In this document: positions 46,580-56,413 of the stretch, piece by piece
Layout: every line of letters begins with the position of its first letter
Numbering within the stretch: the first letter of the stretch is position 1
Source: an uncultured Bacillales bacterium
Lineage (GTDB): Bacteria > Bacillota_I > Bacilli_A > RF39 > UBA660
NCBI GenBank assembly: GCA_949948745.1
Contig: CATLHA010000002.1
Span: 11,195-75,194, forward strand
DNA: 64,000 bases
Reading direction: 5' to 3'
Translations under genes and position numbers: made by a program
The notes under the pieces: generated by a model
Databases searched by the model: none
Told to the model about the DNA's origin: nothing
The model's input: only the letters and a program-made list of their open reading frames with translations

Positions 46580-49500
46580 TTAAACAACAAGGGAACCTTT
46601 TACTACATTAGAATTGCTAGATTTTGTGGTAAGCATGGAATCTACTAAATTAGAATTATTACTTGTATAATTAATAATAAGTTTTGCTGGAGAATTCTTT
46701 GCTGTTCCAAAAAAAGCTTCTGAATATGTAGTATTTGTTGTACGTATTGTAAACGTTGTAGTTAAACGCCAACAATTGTAAAAGATTTTATCCATTCGAG
46801 TCACATTTCTTGTATCAAAACCACTTAAATCAAAATCACCTAATGATGTACAATTAAAAAACATTTCCTCCATACTTGTCACCTTTGAAGTATTAAAGTT
46901 AGTAACATTTAGATTTCCTAATCTTTGACAATCTCGAAACATTCTTGTCATATCAGTTACACTAGATGTATCAAAATTCTGAAGAATAGTAGTTATATAC
47001 CAACATGCCCGAAACATAGAGTCCATGGTTATTACTTTACTGGTATTAAAATAACGCAAATCTAAAGACTGAATTTTTCCTAATTCAAAAAACATATAAC
47101 TCATATTTGTTACATTAGAAGTATTAAAACTACTAACATTCAATTCAGGAAGATTTTTACAAGAACAAAACATATAAGCCATATTTGTTACTTTAGATGT
47201 ATTAAATTTACTTACATCAAGATTAGTTAAAGACTTACAAGCATGAAACATATAAGCCATATTTGTTACTTTGGATGTATTAAATTTACTTACATCTAGT
47301 GCCGTAATATTATTACATTCTTGAAACATATAGCCCATATTTGTTACATTTGATGTATTAAATTTACTTACATCAAGATTAGCTAAAGACTTACAAGATT
47401 GAAACATATAAGCCATATTTGTTACTTTGGATGTATTAAACTTACTTACATCTAAACTTGTTAAACTACTACAACCACGAAACATATTTTGCATTGTTGT
47501 AACTAAAGATGTATCAAAAGTATCTATATTTATATTTAATACTTCTAATTTATTACATTCTTGAAACATTCCAAGCATCGTTGTAACATTTTTTGTATTG
47601 AAATTTCTGATATCTAAATTCTCTAATTCATAGCAATTATTAAACATATTAGATGTATTAGTTACCTTTTCTGTATTAAAACTGCTTAAATTAACTGATT
47701 TTAAATAATTTGTATTACTAAACATAACCCTCATTGTTGTTACATTACTTGTATCAAAATTACTTAAATCTAAATTAACCAATCCAGTTCCTGCAAACAT
47801 CGCGGTCATGTCTGTTACTTTTGATGTATTAAAACTACTTAAATTAATTTCTTGAAGTTTAGAAGTTCCTCCAAACATCCACTGCATTGTTGTTACATTA
47901 CTTGTATCAAAACTACTAACATCTAAACTTGTCAATGCCAAATTGTCTCGAAACATATTTAACATGGTTGTTACTTTACTTGTATCAAATGTCCTTAAGT
48001 CTAAACTCTTTAAACTCTCACACCAACCAAACATAGAACTCATATCAGTAACATTAGATGTATCAAAATATTCTATTCCCTCCACACTTTCTAATCTCCT
48101 AAATTGATTAAATAAATAGGAACTATTTTTATTCGCTATTACTCTATTATCCCCTTGGATATATATTGTATAAGTAGAAGAATCTTCTACATTAGGTACA
48201 ACTCTTCCCATTACCCCAAAATTATTTTCTTCTGACAAATCAAAGCTTTCTAGAGTATTATACACTTCTTTAATTTGATCTTGAAATACTACCTTTGTTA
48301 CCGAATCTTTATACTTCCATATCTCCTCTGCTCCTGTATCCGAATTTAATGCAACTTGCATTTTAGGAACTGGCGCTACATAAATTTCTCCACTCATAGA
48401 TTTCGCCAAAGATAGTTTTCGCCACTCTGCTTTTAATACTACATCTGCTTCTGGCATAATAAAGTAATCATCATTTATTTGCTTTGCCTCTACTCCCATC
48501 ACTTTCCATTCTTGAAATCGATATCCTTCACATTCTGGAACTATTTCACTAATGGATACCTTATCAAATACAAAGTGATTTTCTGATATTGGTATATTCC
48601 TTACAGTACATCCCTCTGGTGCATTTCCTTCATAACTTACTCGATAATTATTCGATATTCTTGGTGTTTCTGTACTTGTTATATTTTCTTCTATCCCACC
48701 AATACTACTTTCTACTTTCTCTTTATTATTTGTATTATAAACACCTACTTGATTTATATAATTACTCTTTAATTCTACATCAAGTTCCATCTTTAATTTA
48801 GATCCTGATTTTAAATTATCAATTGTCCATGTTACTTTTTGTTCTTCTTGATTAAATGTAACATTTCCTTGACTGACTGTAATATCATTACTACTTTCTA
48901 ATTTAAAATTACTAGTATCTATATAATCTGTTAATACAAAATTATCATATGAAGTTGGTACAATAGATGCATCAAATAATATATTATTTAGTGTTTCTAT
49001 ATCTGCTAGATATTGATTATCTGATACTTTCTTGATTGGATCTAGAATATCCATCCCCATTTCATATTGAATTCCATTAACTATAACTTGTGGATATTCT
49101 TGTTTTAGATATTGAAAATAACTTTCCTCGTTTGGTGTATCTTCACAAGGATAACCATCTGTTAAAAATAAAACAATACAATTTCTATCATTACTTGATA
49201 TATAATTTTTTAATATATTATCTACATTGATTAAAGCTTGATAATAATTTGTTGTTCCTTTTTCACTTAGATTATTTATTAAACTTATCAAAGTAGTTTT
49301 ATCATTCGTAAAATCCGATAATATTTCTGAATCTGTATCAAATGTAATTAAGGCAGCTTTATTATTAGAATCTGATAGTAATGTATCAACAAGTCCTATA
49401 CTGTCTTGTTTTACTCTTTCTATTTTATTTCCACTCATGGAACCTGAAATATCCAGTACAAATATAATATCTCTATTTTTATCTTCTGTTTTCAATATGG

Positions 49501-49744
49501 TATCTATTTGAAAGGTAATCCTAGCTTTTCCACTACCTATCCACTCTGCGCTCTTCTCTACTTGAAAGCTTCCTGGTTCTTTTTTATTATAATTTAACTT
49601 TTCTGATGAAAAATTAATACTCTTTATTGGAGTAACTAGTGCAAAAGAACTATAAAGTAATCCTGTTATTGTTAATAAAAAACCTACAACTACAATTGAT
49701 AGTAAAACAAACTTATTTGGTACTTTCAAAATATCATTCTTCAT
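46580..49744 (-). CDS. secreted/surface protein with N-terminal vWA domain and long array of DUF285/BspA-like ~23-aa repeats
   Basis: Signal/TM segment, vWA MIDAS motif VLDISGSMSGNK, then ~25 repeats of LDxSxFNTSxVTNMxYMFxxCxxL. Confidence 0.75.
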   Translation of the reverse strand: MKNDILKVPNKFVLLSIVVVGFLLTITGLLYSSFALVTPIKSINFSSEKLNYNKKEPGSFQVEKSAEWIGSGKARITFQIDTILKTEDKNRDIIFVLDISGSMSGNKIERVKQDSIGLVDTLLSDSNNKAALITFDTDSEILSDFTNDKTTLISLINNLSEKGTTNYYQALINVDNILKNYISSNDRNCIVLFLTDGYPCEDTPNEESYFQYLKQEYPQVIVNGIQYEMGMDILDPIKKVSDNQYLADIETLNNILFDASIVPTSYDNFVLTDYIDTSNFKLESSNDITVSQGNVTFNQEEQKVTWTIDNLKSGSKLKMELDVELKSNYINQVGVYNTNNKEKVESSIGGIEENITSTETPRISNNYRVSYEGNAPEGCTVRNIPISENHFVFDKVSISEIVPECEGYRFQEWKVMGVEAKQINDDYFIMPEADVVLKAEWRKLSLAKSMSGEIYVAPVPKMQVALNSDTGAEEIWKYKDSVTKVVFQDQIKEVYNTLESFDLSEENNFGVMGRVVPNVEDSSTYTIYIQGDNRVIANKNSSYLFNQFRRLESVEGIEYFDTSNVTDMSSMFGWCESLKSLDLRTFDTSKVTTMLNMFRDNLALTSLDVSSFDTSNVTTMQWMFGGTSKLQEINLSSFNTSKVTDMTAMFAGTGLVNLDLSNFDTSNVTTMRVMFSNTNYLKSVNLSSFNTEKVTNTSNMFNNCYELENLDIRNFNTKNVTTMLGMFQECNKLEVLNINIDTFDTSLVTTMQNMFRGCSSLTSLDVSKFNTSKVTNMAYMFQSCKSLANLDVSKFNTSNVTNMGYMFQECNNITALDVSKFNTSKVTNMAYMFHACKSLTNLDVSKFNTSKVTNMAYMFCSCKNLPELNVSSFNTSNVTNMSYMFFELGKIQSLDLRYFNTSKVITMDSMFRACWYITTILQNFDTSSVTDMTRMFRDCQRLGNLNVTNFNTSKVTSMEEMFFNCTSLGDFDLSGFDTRNVTRMDKIFYNCWRLTTTFTIRTTNTTYSEAFFGTAKNSPAKLIINYTSNNSNLVDSMLTTKSSNSNVVKGSLVV
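46840..47900. repeat. intragenic 66-69-nt tandem repeats (near-identical copies) encoding the DUF285/BspA-like modules
   Basis: catatttgttactttggatgtattaaatttacttacatc and variants recur every ~69 nt (e.g. 47263, 47332, 47395). Confidence 0.75.
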
Positions 49745-49776
49745 ATTCTAATCTCCCATCTTACCTTATAATTAAT

Positions 49777-49806
49777 ATTATACCCCCCCCCAGGCGAATT
49801 TTGCAA
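49777..49806 (-). promoter_or_regulatory. candidate phase-variable promoter: TTGCAA -35, 18-nt spacer containing G9, TATAAT -10
   Basis: Minus strand reads TTGCAA-AATTCGCCT-GGGGGGGGG-TATAAT, then 26 nt with SD GGGAG, then ATG at 49744. Confidence 0.55.
49783..49791. repeat. C9/G9 homopolymeric tract
   Basis: The only long G/C homopolymer seen in this AT-rich window; it sits in the promoter spacer. Confidence 0.9.
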
Positions 49807-49894
49807 TATTAACTTCTTGTAATACTTAAAGTGTACTTTTTGTGCTGGTAAACTTAAAGTAGACAGTGAGAAGAAAAAAACATAGTATACAAAA

Positions 49895-50025
49895 AAAGAC
49901 ACTCCTAAAACTGAATGTCTTTATTATAAGTATATTATGGCATAATTTTTATTATTATATTTTTTATTTTTTAATAATCATACTTTTCATATACAAAATA
50001 AAAGGAAGAATTCTCTTCCTTAATT
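49895..50025 (-). terminator. two intrinsic terminators downstream of ftsZ
   Basis: GGAAGAGAATTCTTCC plus T-run (~50003-50025) and AAAGACA…TGTCTTT plus T7 (~49895-49922). Confidence 0.5.
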
Positions 50026-50031
50026 TAACTC

Positions 50032-51132
50032 TTAGAAATTTCTATTTTGTAGGAATACCGGAATATCATCATCACCGTCGTCATCATCATCAAAGTCCTC
50101 AATAACCTCAATATCACGAGCTTGACTACGACGAGTATTTTGTACATTGTTATATACTGGTTCTTTTTGTGATTGAGTAGATGCTTTATCAAAACCAGTA
50201 GCAATAACTGTAACAATAACTTCATCAGTTAAGTTCTCATTGATAACAGAACCAAAAATTGTATTAATTTCAGTATTAGCAGCAGCTCTCACTACTTCAG
50301 CAGCTTGTTCCGCTTCAAACAAAGTTAAGTTAACTCCACCTGTAACATTAATAATTGCATCTGTAGCACCAGAAATACTTGTTTCCAAAAGTGGAGAGGA
50401 AACAGCCTGTTTTGCAGCTTCAATCGCACGATCTTCACCCATACCAATACCAATACCAATAATTGCATTTCCTGAATTTTGCATTACAGCCTTTACATCA
50501 GCAAAGTCTAAGTTAACAAGTCCAACTACTGCAATTAAATCTGAAATTGATTGAACACCACGACGAAGTACATTATCTACTTCTTTAAATGCTTCAAGCA
50601 TTGGTGTAGTTTTATCGATAATTTCTCTTAAACGATCATTTGGAATTACAATTAAAGTATCTACATGTTTCTTTAATTCTTCCAATCCTTTTAAGGCATT
50701 ATCCATCCTTCTTTTTCCTTCAAAACCAAATGGCTTTGTAACAATAGCAACAGTAAGCGCTCCAAGGGATTGGGCAATCTCTGCAGCAACAGGAGAAGCA
50801 CCAGTACCAGTTCCTCCACCCATACCACAAGTAATAAATACTAAGTCAGCTCCTTTTAAAGCTTCCTCGATTTCTTTTTTAGATTCTACTGCAGCTTCCC
50901 TACCAACATCTGGATTGGCACCTGCACCTAATCCATCAGTAAGATTCGCTCCAATCTGTATCTTAATATCTGCATTAGAATTATTAAGTACCTGTAAATC
51001 TGTATTGGCTACAATAAATTCAACACCCTTTACACCAGACTCAATCATTCGATTGACAGCGTTACATCCACCGCCACCAATACCAATTACTTTAATCTTA
51101 GCTAACTGATCCATTTCCAATTTATTTAACAT
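50032..51132 (-). CDS. ftsZ: cell division protein FtsZ
   Basis: [13 protein letters not shown] tubulin motif; start at MLNKLEM after SD GAGGAGGA (the track start is a TTG within the SD). Confidence 0.9.
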   Translation of the reverse strand: MLNKLEMDQLAKIKVIGIGGGGCNAVNRMIESGVKGVEFIVANTDLQVLNNSNADIKIQIGANLTDGLGAGANPDVGREAAVESKKEIEEALKGADLVFITCGMGGGTGTGASPVAAEIAQSLGALTVAIVTKPFGFEGKRRMDNALKGLEELKKHVDTLIVIPNDRLREIIDKTTPMLEAFKEVDNVLRRGVQSISDLIAVVGLVNLDFADVKAVMQNSGNAIIGIGIGMGEDRAIEAAKQAVSSPLLETSISGATDAIINVTGGVNLTLFEAEQAAEVVRAAANTEINTIFGSVINENLTDEVIVTVIATGFDKASTQSQKEPVYNNVQNTRRSQARDIEVIEDFDDDDDGDDDIPVFLQNRNF

Positions 51133-51149
51133 AAAAATCCTCCTCAGCG

Positions 51150-52388
51150 TCAAGAAAAGTATCCAAAGACTTTTTGAATAATACTTTCGTTTGTTGTTCC
51201 TGACATTTTTCTATTTGATGATATTAAATCCTCAGATTGACTTTCATTAAACATCGAATACGTCTTTCCTCTAGATTCTAATTTATAATAAAAGTATTTG
51301 ATCATACCAAGAGCACTAGAATACATATTATTTCTAACACCCATTGTATTAATATCTAAAGTTGTAGCTCTTCGATCAAAAACATTTTCTACAACATATT
51401 GAAAACCAGCAAGTTCACTAATTCCCCCAGTTATTATTATATAACGTATTTCTCGGTTTGTTAAGAGATTTATTTGTTTTTTGGCAAGTTTTAAAAGCTC
51501 TAAAAACTTATTTTCAACTAACTCAGATATTTCAAGTTGACCTATGGTTACTTTTTCACCATCACGATTCAAAACTTCTACATAATCTCCTGCATCTGCA
51601 TGCCTAGTATTACTAATTGCAAAATGTTCTTTTAACCCCCTAGCAACTCCTTTTTTAACAAAATACCTTTTCATAATTTCTAAATCAATTTCTCGAGACC
51701 CAACCTCAATACTTTCATTTTTTATCATAATTCCCTTATTAAAAATAGAAACATCAATATGACTATATCCAATATTAATAACAGCACTAACCCCACCATC
51801 AACATCTGCATTTCTAGCTTCATAATAATCTCCAACAGAAGTAAAGCAAACATCAACAGGAGTAATTTCACAATTTTTTAATAAAGTTAAAGTCTGTTTT
51901 AAGGAATTTTTAGGAATTGTTGTGATAACAGCTTTCACAGAGAGATTCGTTCCCATCATTCCCTTGGGATCTTTTACACCCTCTTTATGATCCACATAAA
52001 AAGAAATTGGCATAATCGTAATTAATTCACGCTTCTCTAAAACATTTCCTAAAATAGATTCATGCAAGACTTTAGCAATTTCCTTAGAGTCAATTAATTG
52101 GTTCTCATCAAGAGAAATCTCTCCTGATACAATATTAAAATCAATATCTTTGGAAGAAACAGAAACAATCGCTTGATCTATAGAAACTCCAATCATCTCT
52201 TCAATATTTTTTCTTGCTTTCTGTAAAGAACTGATAGCACTTTCCAAATCTACAATTTCCCCATTCATAATTCCTTTACTACGAACATTAGTAGCAGCCA
52301 ATACATGAAAAGCGCCCTGAACACATTCACTAACTATCATTTTAATTCCATAACTTCCAAGATCAATACTAGTATATATTTTTTTCAT
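51150..52388 (-). CDS. ftsA: cell division protein FtsA
   Basis: Actin-fold [19 protein letters not shown]…; 412 aa. Confidence 0.85.
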   Translation of the reverse strand: MKKIYTSIDLGSYGIKMIVSECVQGAFHVLAATNVRSKGIMNGEIVDLESAISSLQKARKNIEEMIGVSIDQAIVSVSSKDIDFNIVSGEISLDENQLIDSKEIAKVLHESILGNVLEKRELITIMPISFYVDHKEGVKDPKGMMGTNLSVKAVITTIPKNSLKQTLTLLKNCEITPVDVCFTSVGDYYEARNADVDGGVSAVINIGYSHIDVSIFNKGIMIKNESIEVGSREIDLEIMKRYFVKKGVARGLKEHFAISNTRHADAGDYVEVLNRDGEKVTIGQLEISELVENKFLELLKLAKKQINLLTNREIRYIIITGGISELAGFQYVVENVFDRRATTLDINTMGVRNNMYSSALGMIKYFYYKLESRGKTYSMFNESQSEDLISSNRKMSGTTNESIIQKVFGYFS

Positions 52389-52500
52389 GAATGAACTGCC
52401 TCCTATTTTATAAGATAATTATACACTAAAGAAATCAAAAATAAAAGTATAAAAATTAAAAAGAGCTTGGTTTAACCAAACTCTTCTACTTTTCTCATAA

Positions 52501-52809
52501 TTAACGTTTTTTCCATAAAATTCGAACAGTATAAAATAAAAACACGATAAACATTAAAACGTAAACCCATATTAATACCTTAGATAAAATTCCATCTGTG
52601 TATTTATAAATAACACCTGGAATACTCTCTGGAAAATATTCTCTAATAAATCTACTAATTTCCGCTACACCTAAATTATCACGAAGAAAGGTTAAAATTC
52701 GAAAGAAAATATCTAGCGATGCAATAAAATATACACTGCTATCTAATCTTCGAAAGAAACAAACTCCAGCAACAATTAGTATAATTAATAAAAATACGTC
52801 AAATCCCAT
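52501..52809 (-). CDS. small membrane protein (possibly Sbp/DUF1290-like, upstream of ftsA)
   Basis: Two hydrophobic helices; position matches sbp in the Bacillus division cluster. Confidence 0.35.
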   Translation of the reverse strand: MGFDVFLLIILIVAGVCFFRRLDSSVYFIASLDIFFRILTFLRDNLGVAEISRFIREYFPESIPGVIYKYTDGILSKVLIWVYVLMFIVFLFYTVRILWKKR

Positions 52810-52909
52810 ACAAATACTCCCTTTCTACTTTCAAATTAAGAATATCATAAATGAAGAAATTTGACAATATTCGAACAAGGAAAAAGAATGACAAGAATGT
52901 CAATCTTTT

Positions 52910-53401
52910 TTAAAAATAAGGATTCATAATTTTCTCAAATTCTAAAGTGGTTTTAGGTCCATGTCCTGGATATAATACATAGTTTTCTTTTTCTAAAAGT
53001 AACTCCTCAATGGAATTTTTCATTTCCTGATAATCTCCACCTTCTAAATCTGTTCTACCAATAGAATTTAGAAAAACAAAGTCTCCAACAAACATCTTTT
53101 TTTCTTTTCCAAAAACAAAGCGAATAGAGTCTTTCGAATGTCCCGGATTAAAAACAATATGAAAAGTAAAAGGACCAACAGTATATTCCTTCTCTTCTAC
53201 TTCAGAATATTCAAAAACTGGTACATCACAATCACGAACAAGTTCATCAAGAGCACCTATATGATCAAAATGTCGATGGGTTAAAAGAATCCCTAATACA
53301 GAAAAATCTTGAATCGCATCTTTTATTTTAGAATATTCATCACCAGGATCTACAATTAAACACTGATTATCCTGAACTAAGATATAACAATTTTCCTCCA
53401 A
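52910..53401 (-). CDS. MBL-fold metallo-hydrolase
   Basis: THRHFDHIGAL (HxHxDH) with a downstream His and Asp. Confidence 0.65.
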   Translation of the reverse strand: MEENCYILVQDNQCLIVDPGDEYSKIKDAIQDFSVLGILLTHRHFDHIGALDELVRDCDVPVFEYSEVEEKEYTVGPFTFHIVFNPGHSKDSIRFVFGKEKKMFVGDFVFLNSIGRTDLEGGDYQEMKNSIEELLLEKENYVLYPGHGPKTTLEFEKIMNPYF

Positions 53402-53435
53402 TTCACCAACAACTACTACTTTTACTTCTATAACA

Positions 53436-53849
53436 TCACACCTTTCTAATTTTTAATTTACCATTACCAAAAACAGTAACTTCTAATAAAGATAATTGAA
53501 ACCTTTCCGAAATATTTCCCAAAAAAGTAGAAGAAATATATAAATCTTTAATTACATGATTTGCCTCAAGAAATCTTTTTTCTACTAGGAAGAAATCCAT
53601 CTCTTCCATTTGTAAATCTAAACGATAAAGAGAAATTCCCTTTTTAAAATCTGAATCAAAAAAGGATGGATCTTTATCAATCCATAATTCCCCCTGTAAA
53701 ATAGTACCATCTGTAACAATTTTTGTAGATACGAAATTTTCTTTAGAAAAAGCTCGAAACTTTAAATTTCGTTCATCATATCTTTTTAAATTATAACAGT
53801 TTTCAATACAAAATGCTTCAATATTCATATCATTTTTATTTTTTATCAT
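53436..53849 (-). CDS. hypothetical protein (137 aa)
   Basis: ORF only. Confidence 0.4.
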   Translation of the reverse strand: MIKNKNDMNIEAFCIENCYNLKRYDERNLKFRAFSKENFVSTKIVTDGTILQGELWIDKDPSFFDSDFKKGISLYRLDLQMEEMDFFLVEKRFLEANHVIKDLYISSTFLGNISERFQLSLLEVTVFGNGKLKIRKV

Positions 53850-53908
53850 AAAGTCTCTCCTTAAAAATAGATAATCAAAAAATAATATGTGAAAAAGAAA
53901 AAAATATT

Positions 53909-54565
53909 CTAATTTTTTAGAATATCTTCAATATTTTTAGTAGCTCGAACTCTTTCTTCTCTTTCACTTTTAGAATAAACACATCCACAATAGTCTTGTC
54001 GATAAAGTCCATATTCTAAAGATAATTCAATACTTCTTTTATATCCATTCTTCTTTTTAAAATCAGCATATAAATAAGAAATATTATACTCTTCCTCCAA
54101 CTCTTCTCCAATTTCGTTTAACCACTGACTATTTTTATATGGACTAATACTAAGTGTCGTCCCAAAATAATCATAATTTCCTAATTTAGCTAGTTTTGCT
54201 GTTTCTTCTAATCGTAACCTATAACAACAAAAACAACGTTTACTACCCTCTTTTAAATGTTCATATCCACGTATCGCATCAAAAAATTCTTTTGGCTCAT
54301 ATCTACCAGGCAAAACCTCAATGGGATATTTTGTATTTAATAAAGAAACAAATTTAATAATTTCGTTTAATCTTTTTTGATACTCATCTGCCTCTGAAAT
54401 ATTTGGATTATAATAAAGAATTGTAATTTTAAAATATTTAGAAATTCTTTCTAATACAGCACTAGAACATGGAGCACAACATGCTTGAAGCAAAAGAGTT
54501 GGGACCTTTTCTTTTTGAATGTTTTCCTGAATGATTTCTTCCATTTTTACTTGATAATTTTTCAT
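53909..54565 (-). CDS. queH: epoxyqueuosine reductase QueH (DUF208)
   Basis: LLLQACCAPCSS Cys motif plus later Cys residues; ~218 aa. Confidence 0.7.
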   Translation of the reverse strand: MKNYQVKMEEIIQENIQKEKVPTLLLQACCAPCSSAVLERISKYFKITILYYNPNISEADEYQKRLNEIIKFVSLLNTKYPIEVLPGRYEPKEFFDAIRGYEHLKEGSKRCFCCYRLRLEETAKLAKLGNYDYFGTTLSISPYKNSQWLNEIGEELEEEYNISYLYADFKKKNGYKRSIELSLEYGLYRQDYCGCVYSKSEREERVRATKNIEDILKN

Positions 54566-55509
54566 AAATCATTTTCCTTTTCTACAAACATGGTATGAAC
54601 AACTGATTTAGAAACTACCATAGACACCCCACGTTCAATTTTAATATCATATGTATTATCAGGACATTCAAAAATTTCCCCATCTAAACACCAAGGTTTT
54701 CTTAATTTTTCATGAAATTTAATTTTCAAATGATCTGTTTTATGAAAATAAAATCCAGGTACTTTAGTAATATCATTTAATTTCAAATAGATTAAGCTTC
54801 GAACAATATCTTTCTTTGCTTGAAGATTACAAAAAGCAACCTCAAACTGATTATCATCTAATTTAACATTATGATAAAAATTATCGATTCCCGCAATACG
54901 ATTTGCATTAGAAATCAAAGCAAAGGAATATAATCCATGATACTTTTCGTCATTTAACTCATATGTAATTTCATAAAGAGGTGTTTTTCTACGAAAGAAA
55001 TCACGAACACCTTGTAAAATATATGCACCTCTCCCTAATCTCTTCTTTAAATTTCTATTTGTTTCATAAGGGACATTCATAAATTTTCCAAATCCAGCAG
55101 AATAGATAAATGGATGACCATTAATTGTACAAATATCAATTTTTTTAACAACCCCTGATAAAATCAATTGTAAATTACGATATGGATTTTTCCCAAAACC
55201 AAACATCGCACCAACATCATTTGTAGTACCATAAGGTAAATGTGCAAATACTAATCGATGTTTTCGTCTAAAATTTCCAACCATAGCCTCATTTAATGTT
55301 CCATCTCCACCAACAGAAATAACTAAATCAATATCATCCTCTAATTTTTCTACAATTTCTGTAATGTGACCTGAATAATACGATTTATATAAAGTAACCT
55401 CATAATCATGTTTTTTAAAAAGTGATAAATATTTAGAAAAATCATCACTAATTTGATTTTTATTTTTCTTACCACTATGAGGATTTATAATCATTACTGC
55501 CTTCTTCAT
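54562..55509 (-). CDS. diacylglycerol kinase-family lipid kinase (DagK/YegS-like)
   Basis: MKKAVMIINPHSGK… and VISVGGDGTLNEAM. Confidence 0.75.
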   Translation of the reverse strand: MKKAVMIINPHSGKKNKNQISDDFSKYLSLFKKHDYEVTLYKSYYSGHITEIVEKLEDDIDLVISVGGDGTLNEAMVGNFRRKHRLVFAHLPYGTTNDVGAMFGFGKNPYRNLQLILSGVVKKIDICTINGHPFIYSAGFGKFMNVPYETNRNLKKRLGRGAYILQGVRDFFRRKTPLYEITYELNDEKYHGLYSFALISNANRIAGIDNFYHNVKLDDNQFEVAFCNLQAKKDIVRSLIYLKLNDITKVPGFYFHKTDHLKIKFHEKLRKPWCLDGEIFECPDNTYDIKIERGVSMVVSKSVVHTMFVEKENDL

Positions 55510-55538
55510 AATAACTCCCTTATAGTATATAACTAAAA

Positions 55539-56261
55539 CTATTCACTTAAATTATGATATACATCTTGAACATCATCAATATCTTCTAAAGTTTCAATTA
55601 AAGCAATAATTCTAGATTTTACTTCCTCATCCTCTACTTCAACTAAATTAGAAGCAACATAAGTAATTTCACTTGTAATAAACTCCGTAACTCCCATCTC
55701 TTCTACTACCTTTTTTACTTGTAAAAAAGTATCTGGAGTAGTATAGATTTCATAAGTATCATCATTTGTAATCATATCTAGAGCACCATTATCCAAAACT
55801 GCCATCATCAATTCTTCTTCATCTACAGTTTTTTGGGTAACAATAACACCTTTTCTTTCAAATAAGTAACTTACACTACCATCTGTTCCTAAATTTCCTC
55901 CACGTTTTGTAAAAGAAGAACGAACTAAAGATGCTGTACGATTACGATTATCAGTTAAACAGTCTACCATAATAGCAATACCATTTGGTCCATATCCCTC
56001 ATAACGGATACTTTCAAAGTCTTCTCCACCAGCAGCACCTACAGCCTTATCAATAGCTTTTTGAATATTATCCTTTGGCATATTTTGACTTCTACATTTT
56101 TCAATAACCATTCTTAAAGATGGATTCGAATCAGGATCTCCATTCGTACCCTTTGCAGCTACATAAATTTCTTTTGCTAATTTTTGAAATATTTTTCCTC
56201 TTTCAGCATCAATTAACCCTTTTTTACGGTGAATTGTTGCCCATTTTGAGTGTCCACTCAT
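55539..56261 (-). CDS. yebC: YebC/PmpR family transcriptional regulator
   Basis: N-terminus MSGHSKWATIHRKKG. Confidence 0.85.
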   Translation of the reverse strand: MSGHSKWATIHRKKGLIDAERGKIFQKLAKEIYVAAKGTNGDPDSNPSLRMVIEKCRSQNMPKDNIQKAIDKAVGAAGGEDFESIRYEGYGPNGIAIMVDCLTDNRNRTASLVRSSFTKRGGNLGTDGSVSYLFERKGVIVTQKTVDEEELMMAVLDNGALDMITNDDTYEIYTTPDTFLQVKKVVEEMGVTEFITSEITYVASNLVEVEDEEVKSRIIALIETLEDIDDVQDVYHNLSE

Positions 56262-56309
56262 ATTAACCTCTCCTTACTTAATATTTATATAAGTCTTCTT
56301 AGAATATTC

Positions 56310-56329
56310 TAAGAACAGTACTATAATAT
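56310..56329. promoter_or_regulatory. perfect 9-2-9 palindrome TTCTTAGAA-TA-TTCTAAGAA in the yebC promoter region (candidate operator)
   Basis: Seen directly; overlaps the presumptive -35 upstream of TATAAAT and SD AAGGAGAGG. Confidence 0.4.
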
Positions 56330-56374
56330 CATAAAAATAAAAGAATGAAAAGAAATTCTCTACTAGTTAGAAAG

Positions 56375-56405
56375 AGAATTAAAAAAGAAAAAGAGCCAAA
56401 GCTCT
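56375..56405 (-). terminator. intrinsic terminator after the Hpt-REC gene
   Basis: AAGAAAGAGC-TTTG-GCTCTTTTTCTT plus T-run. Confidence 0.55.
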
Positions 56406-56413
56406 TTCTTTCC

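Noticed and set aside
46840-47900. Possible CRISPR array or mobile-element repeats
   Set aside because: The repeats are in-frame 66-69-nt coding units of one long ORF with no unique spacers. No cas genes or transposase were seen in the window.
49783-49791. Homopolymer as a sequencing or assembly artefact
   Set aside because: This cannot be excluded from sequence alone. However, the tract sits exactly in a promoter spacer with intact -35 and -10 elements and an 18/17-nt logic, which favours biological function, so it is kept as a finding rather than dismissed.
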